Shown here piece by piece: positions 60,801 to 64,000 of a DNA stretch of 64,000 nucleotides; position 1 is the first letter of the stretch, and every line of letters starts with the position of its first letter. The position numbers and the translations under genes are program-made. The notes below the pieces were generated by a model. The model ran no database searches and was not told where the DNA came from. It worked only from the letters and a program-made list of their open reading frames with translations. This stretch comes from Takakia lepidozioides (Eukaryota; Plantae; Bryophyta): assembly GCA_030704615.1 (NCBI GenBank), contig CM060733.1:35464001-35528000 (forward strand), given 5' to 3'.

Positions 60801-63800
60801 GAATGCGCAAGAGCAGCTGGACACACAAGCACATCAGTTCAAGATGGAGATATCTCCTGCAGCAGAGAGCCTACGTGACTATGTGACGAGGTACTTTCTG
60901 CTCTACAAAACCAACCTATTCTTTCGGGAGATAGCAGATGCTCGCCGGAGCCACGAGTTCACCGACCAGCCGAACGCGGACAAAGCAGCAATGCGCCTTC
61001 TGTACAGGTACATACGCGCTGCCTTTCTTTCAAGTCCTGGCATTTCAGGATGTTAGAGGCCTAAGTGGTGTTAGGGAAAATGGCGCCGAATTTCCAGTCA
61101 GGGCTCCGAAAATGGCAAAGTCCCTAGACTGGCTGGCCCGGAACTGGAAATTCGGCGCCATTTTCCAGTTCCAGGCCCTATTGCCGTTCAGGGACTTAGC
61201 CATTTTCGGGCTAAGTCCCTAGTGTGGCTGGCCCGGAACTGGAAATTCGGCGCCGTTTTCCAGTTCTAGGCCCTATTGCCGTCCAGGGACTTAGCCATTT
61301 TCGGGCTAAGTCCCTAGACTGGCTGGCCCTGAAGTGGAAATTCGGCGCCATATTCCAGTTCCAGGCCCTATTGCCGTCCAGGGACTTAGCCATTTTCGGT
61401 CTAAGTCCCTAGGGTGGCTGGCCCGGAACTGGAAATTCGGCGCCGTTTTCCAGTTCTAGGCCCTATTGCCGTCCAGGGACTTAGCCATTTTCGGGCTAAG
61501 TCCCTAGACTGGCTGGCCCTGAAGTGGAAATTCGGCGCCATATTCCAGTTCCAGGCCCTATTGCCGTCCAGGGACTTAGCCATTTTCGGTCTAAGTCCCT
61601 AGGGTGGCTGGCCCGGAACTGGAAATTCGGCGCCGTTTTCCAGTTCTAGGCCCTATTGCCGTCCAGGGACTTAGCCATTTTTGGTCTAAGTCCCTAGGGT
61701 GGCTGGCCCGGAAGTGGAAATTCGGCGCCGTTTTCCAGTTCCAGGCCCTATTGCCGTCCAGGGACTTAGCCATTTTCGGGCTAAGTCCCTAGACTGGGTG
61801 GCCCTGAAGTGGAAATTCGGCGCCATATTCCAGTTGTAGGCCCTATTGCCGTTCAGGGACTTAGCCATTTTCGGACCTCATTGGGTTTTTCATGAATGCA
61901 GGTACTGTAAGTTCTCGCTTTTGGAGAAAGGTCATCTGTCTTTCGAGCCACCATTCTTCCTGGCATGGAGGAACCCTGGGGCTGACTCCATGTACACTGA
62001 CGATATTGTGAAGGAGTGGCATCTGAAACATTTGCGTGATTGCCCTTGGTATGTGGACCTTCCGCCCGGCTCGCTCGACCCATCCGAGTTTCAATTGAAG
62101 CTGGATGCTGAATTCCGACGAAACCGGGCTCCGCTGCCTCCGTTGGGTGCAAAAGAGGCAAAAGCGCTTGCGAACTCCAGGAAAGCGGCAGAGCTTGCTC
62201 AGACAGGAATTCAGGAGAAATTGCATGAGAAGAGTAAAGGTCAAAGGAAAAGGACAAGGAAACAGGTGACTGCAGTAACACCCAAAAAGAAGAAAACCAT
62301 CGGGGCATGGAGGAGGCGCAGGAGGGGACCCAAGAGAGTGACTCCGACGCCGATTTTGTTCAAGGTCCTGCGACTGCTGTTGCTCCTACCCAGTCACCGG
62401 TCGTCCGGGTTCCCAAGTCAGTTCGGAGTGGGACTGGCTCTGCCAAGAAGTTGGCATTTGAGGGCGAGCCTACACGGCGGTATTCGGCGGTGACGTTTAC
62501 GCACAGGCCAAAGCTAGAACCTCCAACCATCATCCAATGCGTCAATGAGAGCTTCCTTGACGCTCTCGCTGCCAGGGCGAAGAAGGTGGCACACAACAAG
62601 TCTCTGGCGGAGCAGAAGGGGAAAGCCAAGAAGAGGGCTGCCGGTACAGAGCCTAAAGACACCCCTGGTTTTGAAGCCATGATGGAATTCTTCACGGCTG
62701 TGAGCACGAATTGCAAGAGCACTCGGGGGGGGTTGAGGTGGAGAGAGCTTGCGACATGATTCTCCTCGACATTCCAGATGGGGAGCTGCTGGAGGGCCTG
62801 GATGGTGTGCCCACCTGGAACAGGTTTACTGAGGACTACTGGAAAGCCGGGTTTGGGCTGGCGGGGATGCTTCTGGATGACGGTGGATGTGTGGTTGTCC
62901 TTGCCACGAGAGGGAAGACCACAGAGAATGCGGTGGCAAGGTGGACACCGAAAAGTGTCACCCCGGTCCTCCTCAGAAAATGGTTCTGCATCAGTACGCA
63001 GGGGTTGCGAACAGAGGGCCAAAGTGTAAGTTATCAATCTATTGCATTCACTTCATATTGTGGTGTATGTTAAGTAGACCCTGGAATTGATCCCTTCTTT
63101 GTTGGATGTGCAGACATTGGTGTTTGAGGCATATTGCTTTGTGAAGAGAGGGTCTACGTTCAAATTCCGCAACGACGGTCGTCTTGTTGATGCCGCTGTG
63201 GACCCTGTAACCTACGATGTCCTCTACAACTATGTGCCCCACTCTAGTATGCCGAAGGACACAAAGACAGGCAAACCGTGGCGGTACAGCCGGACCCGAA
63301 GCCCTGCTTTCATCCAAACCCTCATGGAGACGTGCTCGGATGTCCAAGGGCGGATTCTGGACCTCACATGCGGCACGGGTAAGCCTTCACGTCCTCAGTT
63401 TGTCCCCTGGCCCCATTGCAATTGCATGCCGCAAGCTATTAACCGCCCGCTTTGTTCCTCAGGTGCTTCAATGTGGGCAGGGACGTTGTCCGACAGGCAT
63501 GTGTTCGCCTTCGAGCCAGATACTGCCCTCCACAACTCGGAACTTGCAGCGGCTGAACGTCTGCCGAAAGAGGAAGAGGCATCCTCGGAGGATGAGGAAA
63601 AATCCGAGAAGGAGCAGGGGGAGGAAGTTGGGATCGAGGCCGAGGAGCCCCGGTTTACGAGTGAGTGGTGGCATTGTAAGTTGCCTCCAGATTTTGTGAG
63701 GCACCTCCCTCCGCTCTCTTATTTCATTGAAAACCCTTTCTGGTTGTGCTGGTATTGACATTCTTCAAGTGGATTTGTTCTTACTGTAGGATGCCAAGTA

Positions 63801-64000
63801 CTGCCGGAGGGACGTCTACACCGGAGTTCATGGGCAGGAGGAACGTGCCTTTTTTTGCCAGGGGAGATTTCATGCCTAGTCCAGAAAGGGAGTACATCCT
63901 GCCTACTTATGCTGCCCGGCTTGCTTCGGTGTCCATTAGGAGGTGTTCCGAACGTAGTCGTGTACAGCAGATTTTAGACGAGGCAAGCCTCAAGAAAATG
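57826..64000 (+). CDS. ParB/Srx-domain + beta-class N4/N6 DNA-methyltransferase-like fusion protein, family A (about 10 exons, two apparent 1-nt frameshifts)
   Basis: Predicted exons: ~57826-58002 (tentative, GC donor), ~58350-59792, 59910-60099, 60202-60486, 60572-60697, 60793-61007, 61902-63025, 63114-63378, 63463-63660 and 63790 onward. ParB motif DGNHRLLA. MTase order is motif IV (CDMILLDIPDG), VI (LLDDGGCVVV), then X-I-II (RSPAFIQTLMETCSDVQGRILDLTCGTGASMWAGTLSDRHVFAFE). Frame changes near 62295 and in the G-run at ~62728. Confidence 0.8.
61080..61875. repeat. 95-bp intronic tandem array (~8 copies, 190-bp higher-order period)
   Basis: GAACTGGAAATTCGGCGCCGTTTTCCAGTTC plus the inverted pair GGGACTTAG...CTAAGTCCC in each unit; lies within intron 61008-61901. 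Confidence 0.93.

Larger units (their letters stand above)
49774..64000 (-). mobile_element. MULE-like ParB-MTase transposon family A, copy 2 (near-intact; extends past the window)
   Basis: Terminus GAGGTTTGCTATTTCATGAGC at 49774, subterminal repeats, intact transposase (-), palindrome arrays and ParB-MTase gene (+). Confidence 0.9.

Noticed and set aside
62745-63530. C5 cytosine methyltransferase (DNMT)
   Set aside because: There are no PC or ENV motifs, and motif I lies C-terminal to motif IV, as in beta-class amino-MTases.
58200-64000. Bacterial or phage contamination explaining the ParB-MTase
   Set aside because: The gene has many GT-AG introns at positions shared between families and is interleaved with plant-type LTR elements.

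Overview
Eukaryotic, intron-containing, transposon-dense DNA with no intact host gene; it looks like a land plant and possibly a non-seed plant (inference only). Two element classes make up the window. (1) At least four related families (A-D) of large Mutator/MULE-like DNA transposons. Families A and B carry two divergent genes: a transposase (GCM-like Zn domain + MULE DDE + SWIM) and a multi-exon gene fusing a ParB/Srx-type N-terminal domain (DGNHRLxA) to a prokaryotic beta-class N4/N6 DNA-methyltransferase fold. D survives only as the ParB-MTase side and C only as a transposase 3' end. Each family carries its own repeated palindromic motif (A: GGAAATTCGGCGCCGAATTTCC, roughly 50-60 copies per element; B: CCGCCGGCGG; D: GGCC-rich ~117-bp unit; C: AAGTCGGCACAGACTT). 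Family A occurs as two inverted copies (529-10212, degenerate; 49774 to >64000, near-intact) plus a fragment. (2) A full-length non-chromovirus Ty3/gypsy LTR retrotransposon (19870-40166, TSD GTGGC) sits in intron 1 of the family-B ParB-MTase gene and itself contains a nested gag-pol-less relative (31194-38619, TSD CTTAC). The best candidate for an undescribed system is the transposon-borne ParB-methyltransferase with its cognate palindrome arrays. Element B also holds a 45-bp antisense piece of the family-A transposase between direct repeats. All domain calls are from motif recognition by eye; no searches were run.
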